A stretch of DNA of 62,654 bases, the filler included, from Diploschistes diacapsis (lineage: Eukaryota): the NCBI GenBank assembly GCA_023645945.1. It is 4 parts of 4 records of this genome, joined end to end, with 100 filler letters (N's around TTAATTAATTAA, not from the genome) between each part and the next. Parts side by side here need not be neighbours in the genome. Positions count along the whole stretch, not along the records: positions 31,470 to 47,016 come from JALAIB010000546.1; positions 47,117 to 62,654 come from JALAIB010000547.1; 2 more parts are not named here. One strand, written 5' to 3'. The first letter of the stretch is position 1. Every line of letters starts with the position of its first letter. Shown in pieces: positions 46,423-59,125 of this stretch. Both the position numbers and the translations under genes were made by a program. Below the pieces are notes generated by a model, which saw nothing but the letters and a program-made list of their open reading frames with translations, did no database searches and was not told the DNA's origin.

Positions 46423-46629
46423 TACAACAGCATCTGTCAGGTGGGTATTGATGGGGATTAGAAAGAAGTACTTGACTACCATGTATAGTATGTCATCACT
46501 TTTCAACAGACGTCGACCTTTGAAATCTGGAATCTGGTAAAGGTAGGATGTGTCGGAAACTCTACCCTGATATTCTCCTCGGAGCTTGACAGTCCCCAGA
46601 GGCTGAAAAACCCGAGATTGTCATGTACC

Positions 46630-47016
46630 AAGAAATTAAAATAAGCGAGACTATACTATACCTAATTAAGAATCTATTCAATAAACACGTTTATAACGCA
46701 AATAAATTGAATTGACTATATAATAATAACTCAAAAATGAATCTTTAATATAATAGTAGCTCAAATTAAGTTATTTATAATATAAAGTGTTTTCGGTTTT
46801 TTTAATCGTCTACTTCAAAATCAATAGATTCTTATTTCAAACGATCATTTTAAGTAATTAAAACGTCCATAACTGATTTATTCATTCTAAAAGTATAAAC
46901 GGTTAATTTTCGAAAATATTGGATCGCGTAATTTATTATTAAAAAAGCTTCGGTTAAAGCGACCCGTTAAACGTAAATCGTTCTATATAATAAATTAACG
47001 TATATGCATAGCGAGC
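46630..47016. repeat. AT-rich, RIP-like repeat remnant at contig end
   Basis: Sharp shift to high AT with TpA excess and surviving CpG. Confidence 0.55.
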
Positions 47017-47116
47017 NNNNNNNNNNNNNNNNNNNNNNNNNNNNNNNNNNNNNNNNNNNNTTAATTAATTAANNNNNNNNNNNNNNNNNNNNNNNNNNNN
47101 NNNNNNNNNNNNNNNN
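47017..47116. other. Artificial contig linker N44-TTAATTAATTAA-N44
   Basis: Same 100-nt spacer. Confidence 0.97.
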
Positions 47117-47605
47117 CGCGTTACAGAGTCCTCTCGGGGTTTTGTGGTGTGCTTCATCGGAAAGCATCCCCTTCGAGCTTTCTGTGATTGTAGTGGTGAA
47201 AGAGGCGGTCGACCGTGCAAATTTATTGTTAATATCGTTTTGGTGGTCAGGGGGTAGGACCGGTGATGGGATGAGAGGATGGCGAAGGGGCGTTAAGCGT
47301 GAGGGAGAATGTTCGGATTCTTCCTTTCTTTGGTGGGGAATAGGAAAAGGGGGGAAAGAATGGGAAGGTGGGAAGGAAGGAAGAAAGGAAGGAAGAAAGA
47401 GGTGGGTGGGTCTTTTCCTTGTCGGTGCTGGAGGTAGTAGCTGGTATACTGTTACTTCAGTGGCATTATCACAGAATGTGGTACCGTTATGCTTCGCGAG
47501 TGATGCATGGGTATATACAAGCACTGAGGCCACGGTGAATCGATACCGGATATCATACAGTATGCTCTACACCACCCTCTCTCCCCCTCTTATCTTCCTG
47601 CCGCA

Positions 47606-50600
47606 CTAGTGAGGAATCCCGTTCGTTAGAAGCTGAAATTGATCGTACTTCTTCGTCGAATAACTCTTGTGGCTCGCGCTGACCAGCATCTGCATAAACT
47701 CGGCCGCCTCCCGCTCGCTCTTCTCCACCACCATCCTCTCCCGGAAGTGCTTGATCGTCCCCGGCTTGAAGCACGGCAGGCCCGAGTCCATCATCAGCCG
47801 GATCATGTGGCTCAGCTGCTCCGTGTACGGCCGGCTCGCCAAGAACGCCTTGACGCAGAGCTCTTCGAACCAGCGAAACGACTGGCTCGTGGTGCTGCCG
47901 CCCATGACGGCCACCATCTCCCCCGTTAGCTTGAAGGGCGCGCGCTCGAAATGTACGCCGCCGGGAGTGATGTCGAAGCAGAAGCCAAAGTCGATGTGCA
48001 GGATGTGGCCCGCGTCGTCGACCATGATGTTGCCGTTGTGCCGGTCCTTGAATTGCAACAGGTAGGAAATGACGCTGTAGGCCGCCATGCTCTTGACAAA
48101 GTTCTGGCGCGCTTCCTGAAAGCGGATGCTGTCCTCGCCGCCGTATTTGGAAACAAAGTACTCGTACAGCCCGTTGACCGCTTCGCGGCCGAGCATGTCG
48201 CGGGAGATGGAGTTGGGTAGCACGTCGATGACGCCGCATCCTGGCGCAGTGGCGGTCACGCGATAAGGATAGACGAAGACGTCGAGGCCGACGCTGTTGA
48301 AGATGCCCCGAAAGGCGGCGATGAGCTGCAGGGCAAGCACGTCCTGCCGGCAATCGTCGCCGACCTTGAAAATGGCGGATTGCCAGACTTCGTAGCTGTT
48401 ATCTGTGACGACTGCCGAGGCATTGGAACGAGGGTCCGGATTACCGGACGCGTTGTGTTGCTTGTTGACGTCCTCGAGGAGACTGTCGGTGCCTTCCATG
48501 TCGCCCTTGTTCTTGCGGATGCGGAACGTCGCCATGAAGGGGGCCTTTGCGTGGCTCTGCAGAGGCTTGCCCGACTTGCGATCGATGCCCACGACCACGC
48601 CGTCCGGGTTGCTAGGCAAATACACGCCAACTTCTACACTGATCTTGCGAAGTTCTTCCTCGATCTTCTGTTTCTTCTCCGACTTCTCCTTCTTGATGTA
48701 CGGCCGGAGCTTGCCAGATATGCCCGTAACCTCGTTGAAGAAAGCAAACTCGCGCTCATAGAAGCTTTTGTCGGTTCCAGAGAAAGTGGATATCATGTTG
48801 TCCATGACCTTGTCCAGGGTCGGCTTCAGCGAGTCTTCGATAGTAGCCTCCTCGTCCTTGTAGGCATTCGCTTTCATGCTCCAAATAATTTGATGCGCAA
48901 ATAGTTGAGAAAATTTGGCCGTCTCCACGATATAGCGCTCCACGTAGCCCAGGGCGTCATACCTCAACGTTTGTACAATCTGAGGTACGTAGAAGAAGGT
49001 TACATCTACCGAATGGCTTTCCAGTGCTCGCATAGCATACTGGATGATGAATGGGTGATTGCCATAGCTAGGCAAGAAGTAGGTTGCGGCTGTAATGGGG
49101 TTGACGGGAACCCAATAAAGTAGATATTTCAGCTGAGACGGAACATCCCTCGGTAAACCATCATCGAGCAGGATGTGAAGGGCATTTGGATCTGTAATTG
49201 TCTTTGCAGGTTCGGCCAGGATTAGGCTACGGACTTCTCGAAGTAGCAGCGGAGTCTGTGATCGCAAAGCAATCTGAATCGCCAATTTTGGGTTTTCGGC
49301 CCATGCAGATACCAGTGCAGGAAGTGAGATGGTTGTCAGTGGTGCTTTGTCAGAGCGAACCTGCTTCGACTCGTGGCCAATTGGAAATAGCCAAACCTGC
49401 AGGCGCGCTCTCTCATGCTCCAGCAATCGCTCGAACAGATCTTGCTTCATCGAAAGCGCAGGAAGCGTATCGGTGGACGCTGCGCCGATATCTGATACCA
49501 GTTGCAAAGCTCTCTCAATATCGCCTATCAAGTCGCACTCCGCTTTGACCTGGAGCCTGTTGCCTCCGTACGTCCACCGAGGGGGGTGTGAGAACCAACC
49601 CAAGGCTGCGCTGAGTATGTGGGCTTTCAATCTCCATTTGGCGGCCCTACCGAGATCATCGCTCAATCTGAGCATTTGAAGGCCAAACAGGATGACTTCG
49701 AAATGGAACTCCCGAAGGAGAGGATGGCCTGCAGATTTGCGGAGCCCACAGAGCGTAATCGAAATCAAACGGTGTACCGACCTCCGCAGATGTGGGCCAC
49801 CCAAGCGAGATGCGCTAAAGTGACTAACGAGGAAGTGGAGGATGCGCAGGTGCGGCGAGATGAGGTTGTGCACGGCTTGCTGGCGTTTTATCAGGGCAGC
49901 CTTATCCGACGGCGCAAACTCTTCCTTGACATAGAACGGGTCTGGGTGAGTGAGTTTCTGATCGAAGATACCCCGGCCTTTTCGCACGCTTTCCTCCCAG
50001 CAATTGATGATCTCGGTCAGAATCCTGGTCTCCATTCGAGGATTCTCATTGATGACACCGAGCCAAATTGACACACCTAGCTTGATGGACTGCTTGGACA
50101 GGAGGCTAAAGGGGATCCTTACGAGTTGCCGTATGATGGCTGACTGGTCTTGTCGGCTCCTGCAGAGTAGAGCAGCTGCCCGCCGCAGAATGTCCCTAAG
50201 CTCGCCAATGGGTACGAGCTTTCCTTCCGTAAGTCGCCGCTCCAGTACGCCGAGTATGGCTTGCGAATCTCTAACATCCTCGTCAAGTTTGTTCATCGCA
50301 TCTTCTCTGTGGTCACCCATCTGCAGGAGATTCTGCCATTCTTTGTCGTATTCGGGAAGTGCTTCGGCGTACTTGTACTCTTGGCGAGTCGTATATTGCG
50401 CAATGAAATCCGATCCAGTATTGATGTTCGACTCATCCTGGCGATTGATAGCACCAAGTTTGTGGTCTGTCAAAGGGATGGCTGACCCGATCTCGAGAGC
50501 AAAACTGCGCCCTAGCGAGACGTGACCGTAGGCCCCATCGTCGTCATACTCTGACAAGTATGTTTGCAGAAGCCCTTTGGTATCTAGAGGAGCAATGCTG

Positions 50601-53600
50601 ATAACTTTCATCAACCACTTCCTTGCCTGACTGTGAAACTTATTCAGAGTCCTTCTTCTGACCGAGAAGTCATCCGAAAGTTCCAAAGAAACGTCGGTCA
50701 GGGTGGATACGTAAGATGACTTCCATTCGTACTCCTGTATTTCTGCCTCTAAACAGCTCATCCACATGAGTGTGAGTATTTCCAGCAGCGCGAAGAGGGA
50801 AGCGCGCTGGCAAAGCGCCGCAGGAATATGGGAGATCAACCGATCTGCGACAGCGGTAGCGACGTCCTGCGTTTTCTGTATGCGGTGACAGCAAGCTGTC
50901 AAGACTTTGGCAAGCTCCTTAGCAACGAATGGTGCAATGCTATTCGGACGGAGCCCTTTGAGAGTCTTTGTAAGGTAGATACTGAGCACATGATCGGCAA
51001 CCGCGTTCATACAGGCAATGGTATCGTCGTGATTGATCGCCGGATCGGTAAAGTAAGTCAAGACCTCGGCGCAACCGCCCGTGGCTGCACGAAGAGTTTC
51101 CAGGGCATACGCAGCATGGAGAAACACTACCTTTGGATAGGGTAAAGATTTAATATGCGATTCCTGCGACGGCAGCAACTTTTGCAAGGATTTCTTCACC
51201 TCAGCGGTATGTGGGCCGCTCATTCCTCGGCGTAGAATTGCATTCAGCTCGATATCGCTCTCGACGTGGCCTGTGCGATCATCAGAGACCAGCGGTTTTG
51301 AGTAGCGAGCCAGTTCCTGTAACGCTGTGAGATTTCTCTCCCATAGTGCGGACCCCGGTATTATGCCGTGGACAGCAACGTTGAACCAGACTTCCCGCTG
51401 AAGTGGTGCTGTGCTCTCGTTTTCGATTACCTCGCCATATTCGGCGATTGAAGGAGCCAGGAGTGCTAGAGGCTTGAGTAGATGCATAATCTCCTTGGCT
51501 GCGAGCTCTACGTCCGCTTTGTGCGTGTTGTCTCCCTCGTGTATGTCTCCTTTACTGACGATTGTCTCCAGCAGATGCAGTAAGTAGGCCTGGTACAGGG
51601 CAGAATCCTTGGGGATTCTTTCTGAAAGTAGCACATAAGCTTGAGTCAACTTACTTCAACGTTAGCCGAAGTTATCATCAGTGTCGCATCTCAAAAGGAA
51701 AGTACTCACCGCGTCAAGAAGAGGGTAATTGTTCTTAACCTCTGCATCGTGAGTGAGTCTGTTATAAAGTTTCAACAACGATTTAAGATCGTGGCTACTG
51801 CCTATGACACCAAGCGAAGCAGTTTCTGTTATGATGGCTAGATCGACTTTCAAGTTGACACGGGCTAGCTTTTGCAACAACATGGAAAGGGCCAAGGAAG
51901 TAATCTTTTCATCCGCACACTCATTTGTGATTGTAACAATGGCTCGTACTACGTTGACATATACCAAAGATGTTTCCTCTTCTCCACTGGCATCTATCGA
52001 GATTGCGCTGCCAATTGCATGTTGAGCATACCTGTTATTCTTGGAATTCAGCGAGCCATTGGCGACCAATGGTACCGCGATACCTTTGTCTGCATTCCCA
52101 GCGCTCAGCACGTTTCCAAGGGAATAGATTCCCGTAATGACCGCATCCTGCGATAAAAGTTCAAGGACTGAAGTCAGACACTGAGCAGCAACCACCACGG
52201 TTAGACCTTGGATGTCTCCCTGCACAATGAAACGTGGTAAGGTACGGCTGAGAGATGAAGCAATCACTGGCGAAGTCTTGGCGATGATGGCAAGAGATTT
52301 GAGAACTGTGCAAGCAAGGTCTTCATCAGCCATTTGAGAGGCATCTGCCATCGAGGTTTCCAGCCAAACCATTAACAGATCAACGTCCGCGATTTCCTCG
52401 TTGACAATCATGCAGACGAGGAAGGTAGTCAAGGCATATGACCGTGCCTTGAAAGCTAAACGTCGCTGCCATCCTGATTCGAGTTCTAGGTAGTCTGCTC
52501 CATCGTTCAACAATTGAACGGCATCGGCCGAGACCTCGGAAAGTTCCTCGATGAGAGCAGTATGCTCTTCACGGCCAGGGGCTAGTTTGAAATGCCGTTT
52601 GGCAAGCAGGCAATCTAGAATCGAGACTTGTTGCAGGTCACGAAAACCTGTGAGCTCTAGTGAACTGCAAGATACCAAGAGTCTCAAGAAGGCTTGCTGC
52701 AGCAGCATTGCCGATAATGGCCGTCCCAAAGACGAGTATCGTCTAAGAAAGAATTTGAAATCCTTCAAGGATCTGAAAGATGACTCTGCATGGCGCACGG
52801 ATGAGAGCGCCGCTTCTAGGGCAGTCATGAACCTATCAGAGAGAACCTCGCGAAGCAAGCGGACCAAATACAGTCTTTCCTCAGCATTAAAAAAGTAGAG
52901 CTTGTCACTGCACGCTCGGATCAATCCCAGGAGTGATAGTCCAAGGACCAGAATCTCCTTTGTCCCTTGAACGGTCGAAACGTAGGAGCCATTGCCTGCG
53001 TCCTTTTCTAAGATTGCCTCGGATTCTCTTTCACAACTTCCCGCACAGCGAGTGATGGAACTGACGACCCGCTCTCGCAGCGATGGTTGCTTGAGTCCTA
53101 TAGCTAGACACGCGTCGACGAGATGGAAGCTTAGCGCCTCCCATGGCGACGGGTTGACGGAATGTAAGAAAGGGGATGAAACAACAACCTGCGCTGGTGC
53201 TTCCACCATGTAAGGGCTGATCTGCTGGAGCAGAGAAGCGGCGCTCTGAAGATCGTCAATGGCCGGCGCGGCCCTGCACAAGGCCAGGAGCACATGCAAC
53301 TCCTCCAGAGCCTATATAATTCTGTCAGTCCCATGTAGCCCTTGTCCTTACAGTCCCCATACCATCGGCGTCTGCGCCATGAACCCGTTGCTCTGCTGTG
53401 CCCCATTGACGGTGTTTCCTGGGGTCCTGCCAGAGCTCTCACCCGACCGCAACGCATGATATAACCGTTCCGTACTCGTCTGCTCATTGAGCTGGTTTCT
53501 CGAGGCAGATGAGAGGCAAGCAATCTTCTCCAAGGCCTCTTGCCTTAAGCTGCGTGACCGTCTGTTCGAGTATGTTAGCGAGCCGAGACGAGATGGACCC

Positions 53601-53624
53601 AGTGTGTTCGCCTTACCGCTCCAT
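47606..53624 (-). CDS. STT4: Phosphatidylinositol 4-kinase type III alpha, 4 exons
   Basis: PIK helical domain FFYVPQIVQTLRYD, LQSHAKAPF, FKVGDDCRQDVLALQ, FKDRHNGNIM and HIDFGF. The upstream ORFs join through canonical introns from ATG at 53624. Confidence 0.96.
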
Positions 53625-54075
53625 GACTCCTATGAACCCCAGGAAGCCGCTCAATGAGAAGGAGATACAGCAATACTAGTATATCTATATGGGAGGTTGA
53701 CGACTTGTTCTGGCACACGTTCTTTCCGTATGCTTTCGGCCCTCGGCTCAGCTCACTAAATCAAAGATGTTTAGGGGGCGCTACTACCCGAGGCTACCCG
53801 GGGCACAGTTTTCCATAACAAATTCCGAGTGCGGCCGAGAATCTGCAGAAAACGGACCGCACTGCACTGCAATGTCTGGACTCTGGACTCTGGACTGGCC
53901 CAATGGAGCTGTATGAAGGGACGAGGCATTACAATTTTCTCAACGCTATACTCGGTCCTATCGCTTGTTCTCGTGCGTCACAATTGACGAGAATTGTGTT
54001 TCCTACCTTAACATTCTGCGCAAAAACCGTGCTGGCGTAAATGAATTGAGATTCCACAAAAGGACCGAACGCGCT

Positions 54076-56432
54076 ATGGTCCTAAAAGGCGAGAAAAGCA
54101 GTGTATTGAAGCGAGGAAGGGTATGGTTGGACAGTGGATATCTTATCTTATTTCACTAAAAGCTACGCAGGCATCAGCAGGCGGAGATGACCACGACCCA
54201 AAAAAGCCAAGGAGATCTGAACGACTATTGTCCCAGTCACATCCGACGCCGGTAGACCACCGTGCTCAGCTTCCTTCTCCAGTGACTCATCAATCTACCG
54301 CGACAGACCCTACTTCAGGCTCCAGACACGGTACTGCCACGCCCCCTGAAGGACGTCCGAGTCAGATACATCACCGCTCGCCCGTCTCACCCACATCACA
54401 ACTTCTATCGTCGCCCCCGCAGGAGACCCAGCCGCTATCTCAGTTTGTTAACCCTTCGCAGTCCCTCTCCCGAGATGTCCTGGATGAGGAGGCGGAAGGC
54501 GTCTGGGGTTATCTGATGCCCCTGGATTCTACAGCCGGCGACACATTGGTGCTAAGGAAGAGAGCGGCATGCCCTGCACCTGTACCGGGAGATTTTGGCA
54601 CAGGCGTCAAAAAGAGGGTTACCGAACCTGCGGAACGCCTGAAGTTTGAGGAAGAGGAGGAGCTGTACGAGAGGAGGAAGTGCAAAAGTGGGTTTCCTGC
54701 AAGTGGTTACCTGATAGGAAGGCATCCGGAATGTGGTAAGCATGAAAGGGCTAACTCTACCTGTATATTCATTAACATTAAAGATCGTGTACTACACCTG
54801 CCTACCATATCCAACAGACATTGCCTAATCTTTAGCGAGAACAAAGGTGGGGACACAATTGCGGTACTGGAAGATCTCTCCAGCAACGGCACTTTTGTCA
54901 ACGAAGCATACGTGGGAAGAAACAAACGGCGAGAATTGGAAGAGAATGACGAAATCACCATACTCGATGAGACACGCTATATATTTAGATATCCTAAGAA
55001 ACGCGACGGCGGCGCTTTCAAGCAGCAATTTCGGATTGTTCAGCAGCTCGGCAAGGGTCACTTTGCAACGGTATACTTGGCCATCCAGAAATCCACTGGA
55101 GAAAGGTTTGCAGTCAAGAAATTTGAAAAGCGACCAGGAGAGACGCACAAAACAGATGGATTACAACAAGAGATAGCTGTTCTGATGAGCATTAGCCATC
55201 CAAATCTATTGTGCCTTCGGGAGACCTTCGATGATAAGGATGCTGTTTACCTCGTGCTGGAACTTGCGCCAGAGGGCGAACTCTTCAACTGGATCGTCAT
55301 GAAGCAGAAGCTGAGTGAAGTCGAGTGCAGAAAAGTGTTTGTTCAACTGTTTCAGGCCACACGATATCTGGTACGTTGTTACTTACGATTGCGGAGTGTC
55401 CGATCTAACCTGTTGAAGCATGAGCGCGGCATTGTCCACCGCGACGTCAAGCCTGAAAACATTCTGCTTGTTGATAAGGACCTTACGGTAAAGATAGCGG
55501 ATTTCGGGCTGGCCAAGATCATTGGCGAAGAATCTTTCACAACGACGCTGTAAGTTTTTCAGCTCTATTTATCCGAAAACATGCTAACATCTGTTAAGGT
55601 GCGGAACTCCCAGCTGTATGTGATCCGATTTCGATGATTGTCGTAGCTCACATATCTAGACGTTGCACCCGAAATCCTCGAAAACTCCAAGCACCGCCGC
55701 TACACAAAGGCCGTGGATATCTGGTCATTGGGCGTCGTCCTCTACATCTGTCTTTGCGGCTTCCCTCCCTTCTCCGACGAACTCTACACGCCCGAAAATC
55801 CCTACACACTCGCCCAGCAGATCAAAGCAGCTCGCTTCGACTATCCCTCTCCATACTGGGACTCTGTCGGTGACCCAGCCCTGGATTTGATCGACAAAAT
55901 GCTCCTCGTCGACCCCGAAAAACGAGCGACAATCGAGGAATGCCTGGAGCACCCTTGGCTGACACAGCGCATGCCGAGTCTTACGGATAGCACCGACGGC
56001 CTCACCGGCGCCATGGGCTCGCTAGACTTTTCAAAACGCAAGGTAGCCCGCGAGCGCACGCTACTCAGCTCGCTGAACGAAGTGGTGGTGGAGCAGGTCG
56101 TGCAGGATCCACACGGCAAATCGATTGTCAAAATTTGGGGCAAGAACAAGTCGCAGACGCCGCAGACAAATAAGAAGCCGAAGGAGAAGGGAAAGGAAAA
56201 TGAGAAAGAGAAGGAGAAGGACAGGGCGAAGGCGTCGCCGAATAAGGAGAAGGGGAAGGGCAAGAAAGAAAACGGAAAGAGCCAGGAGCAGGAAGAAGCG
56301 CCAGCGGCGAACAGAGACCCGAAGGAGTTCATGGAGATGGGCGGCAACGGAGACCAGCCCCTTTTCGGATATGATGGAGAGAGCAGGTATACCGTGGGCG
56401 AAAACGCGAAGGTATCCAAGCAGGGCAGCTAA
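54076..56432 (+). CDS. CHK2: Checkpoint kinase Chk2/Cds1-like (FHA plus Ser/Thr kinase), 6 exons including a 17-nt micro-exon (55599-55615)
   Basis: SQ/TQ-rich N-terminus, FHA IGRHPEC..ISNRHC..DLSSNGTFVN, GKGHFA, HRDVKPEN, DFG, LCGTPSYVAPE and DIWSLG. Confidence 0.93.
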
Positions 56433-59125
56433 CATTGAGGAGAGTGGGGAGCGGGTAGGTTGTGTTGGGCATGAATGAGAAATGGGGGCGAGGATTGTTA
56501 GTGCAGGATGTCGCTGCTCTTCGGGCTCAACGATTCCGCACGCACTGTTTAGGGGCGCAAGCCTCCTTTACATATACGATAACAAAACCGCCAGATATCA
56601 TACAAGCGCGTGTCCCGAGTTCGCTTTACCCGTCTTATCGTGGATTCCGTAAAATGAGCTCGAATCTCACTGTGGTTTCTACCTAGAAGTTTCTCGCTAC
56701 GCATGGACTTCCATGTGTCCCTTACCTTCTACTCCCTACCTTCTGCTTCCTGCGTGTTACTGCTCACGTCCTACTTACCCCCCACTCTACCGTCCACTAC
56801 CTACTTGTTGCCTGTCACAGCAAGATGTAGCAATACGATACCCTTTACATAAAAAGCGTCCTGATCATAACTCCGAAGTAGTAAACGGTCACTATAACAG
56901 TGATATACACAAATAGCCAACCTGGGAGGGAACCTGGTAATATACTAGCTAGAGGCTTGAATATCGGCCGCCGATATCTACCACAAATATATATATAATA
57001 GTTTTGAACATGACCGCATGATCCACCTCTAGTCTTCCTGCTTTTTAAAAAAAATTACATACCCACGAGACTCCTTTTTCTCCCTACGTGGTTGTTCCCT
57101 CTCACCCGGAACCTTGAACCGGCCCAGCCAACTCTCATCCACCACCTAGCACCTCCCGCTCCCAACCTATAGCATATCAACAGTAAAGTACCAAATCGCT
57201 GCAGCACCAAAGCACCCGAATGCCGTCCCCATCCCATTCCCTATCCCTATCCTTCTCCTTCTCCGTCTCCCCCTCTCCTTCCCTTTGCCACCGACGCTCC
57301 CAATCCGAAGTACACCTAGACAGCGGCACCCACGAGCGTACCACCTCCTCCCAACTCGCATTCACATGGCCAACCCTCATCGCCATCGTCCCGGTTCCGA
57401 ACCTAATTCCTGACCCTCATTCCTGTTCCTATGCTCCTCCTTCCCACCCGCACACTCTCTCCGGAATAACGCCCCATTCCCTTCCCCTTCCCCTTCTGCA
57501 TTACCCATCAGCTTGGCATCACACAAGACTGCGGGATTCTGGCGGGGCTGCATCGTCGCTGGCTCCTCCGCCATGACCGCGTCTCTAGGTGACAGTATTG
57601 ATGTTGTTACGGGTTTGGGCGTAATGGGCTAGGATGGGAAAGAAGAGGAAGAAATGGGAAAGCGGGAGAAGTGTGGCCTGTTTGACAACCAGACGGAAGG
57701 GATAAGGAAGAGGAGAGCACTACGGAGGGAATGAGCGGAATAGGAGCTTTGTTTTGAGAAGGTGGTGCGTAGGGCTGTGAACAACGTTTTGGCAGATGGG
57801 AAGGGATGTTGTGTTTCCGAGGCTGCCGAGACCATGGGCTGCAGGCTGAGATAAGGAAAGGGGGCAAGGGCGATTGGGAGTGTTATGACTCGCTTTCATC
57901 CTGTGTTCTTTGAGCAACCCCTAGCATTCTGTCGCTCTGTTCTGTTAACAGTTCAAGGGCTCGGTATCTGTAGGTAGAAGTGGAGGAGATTAGAGAAAGT
58001 GGGCGAGCGGATGCGGTGGGTAAGAACAACAAGAGACCGTGCAAATAACAGAGCGTGTTTGTTGGGAAATGTAAACGGGGTAAATAAGGCTGTGGTATGC
58101 CTAGAAGAACTATGGCCCTATCTCTATATATTATCAACAACCATGCTGAATGACTGAAGCAACATATTCCAGAAGTAAAAAAATATTTAGTGGTTCAGAC
58201 ATTTTTTTTAAATCAGCAATCATTCGGAATGAGAAAGGAAATTAGGATCCATCATTACCACAGTAATATGATGCTTGCTTGACAACAAGAATCAACGAGT
58301 CAACGGCCTTGGCCGCCTACCACGAGGGACATCAAAGTCGACGTAGCATTACCGCTGAGCCATGCCGATGCTTCAGCTTGGAAGCTCTAATTCCGTGTCA
58401 TATACCCCTTAGATCATACACAGCGGCAGTGCACACAGCCCGACACATAATCGACATATACAGACCATTTATTCCGAATTAGAGCCCAGGTAATTCTGTA
58501 GCTGTCATAGACCTGCCGTAACCTGACGTGACTGACAGGCCGCAGGCAAGCACCTTTTAACTGTTCCAAGTTCTGCTTGTCATACCTCAACGTCGTCTTG
58601 CCTTACTAACTTCTTCTTGCCGTATCACCAGAGCCATGTATGAATCCATATGTCGTCTAGTCATATCAACGTGTTATAGTCGTATCAACGTCTTCTTTCC
58701 CTTCTTGTTTCATCGGCTCTCCGTAAAGAGCATCATCACAGGTATTTCAAAGCGATGGAGCTTCAGGAGTTCTCAAAAAAGATGCTGGTGGGAAGTAAGA
58801 TATAGATCAACCTACTGGAGCACTCCCCCTAACTCCACCTCTACGCCTGGCCCTGGCTAAACTCGCCAACATATTCTCTTCCGCCTCTAGTTCCTTCCGA
58901 AGCGTTTGAAGCCTCTAAACCTCCCTGTTCCTATTTTCCCTCTTGAGTAGGAATTCGGCTGCTTGCTCTGATTCGCTCTGCGCCATACTCTTCCAATTGG
59001 GGGTCTGGGTATCGCCGTCACGGTAGGTGGGCGGCACTTGTCTTGACATTAGGCAATTTGCCTGCAAAGGTCAGGATGCTCCCATATCGACGCACTACTT
59101 AGAGCCCTAGAAGACCATCCGGGCT

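Noticed and set aside
15653..47116. Thrice-repeated TTAATTAATTAA palindrome as a biological repeat
   Set aside because: Always centred in exactly 44+44 Ns; an assembly linker with six-frame stops.
53875..53895. (TCTGGAC)3 in the STT4/CHK2 divergent promoter as a regulatory array
   Set aside because: Short simple tandem repeat; no known motif I can support.
58268..58358. Possible box C/D snoRNA (ATGATG ... ATTACCG-CTGA)
   Set aside because: Only about 7-8 nt of rRNA complementarity, imperfect box C and no terminal stem; an Infernal/Rfam search would be needed.
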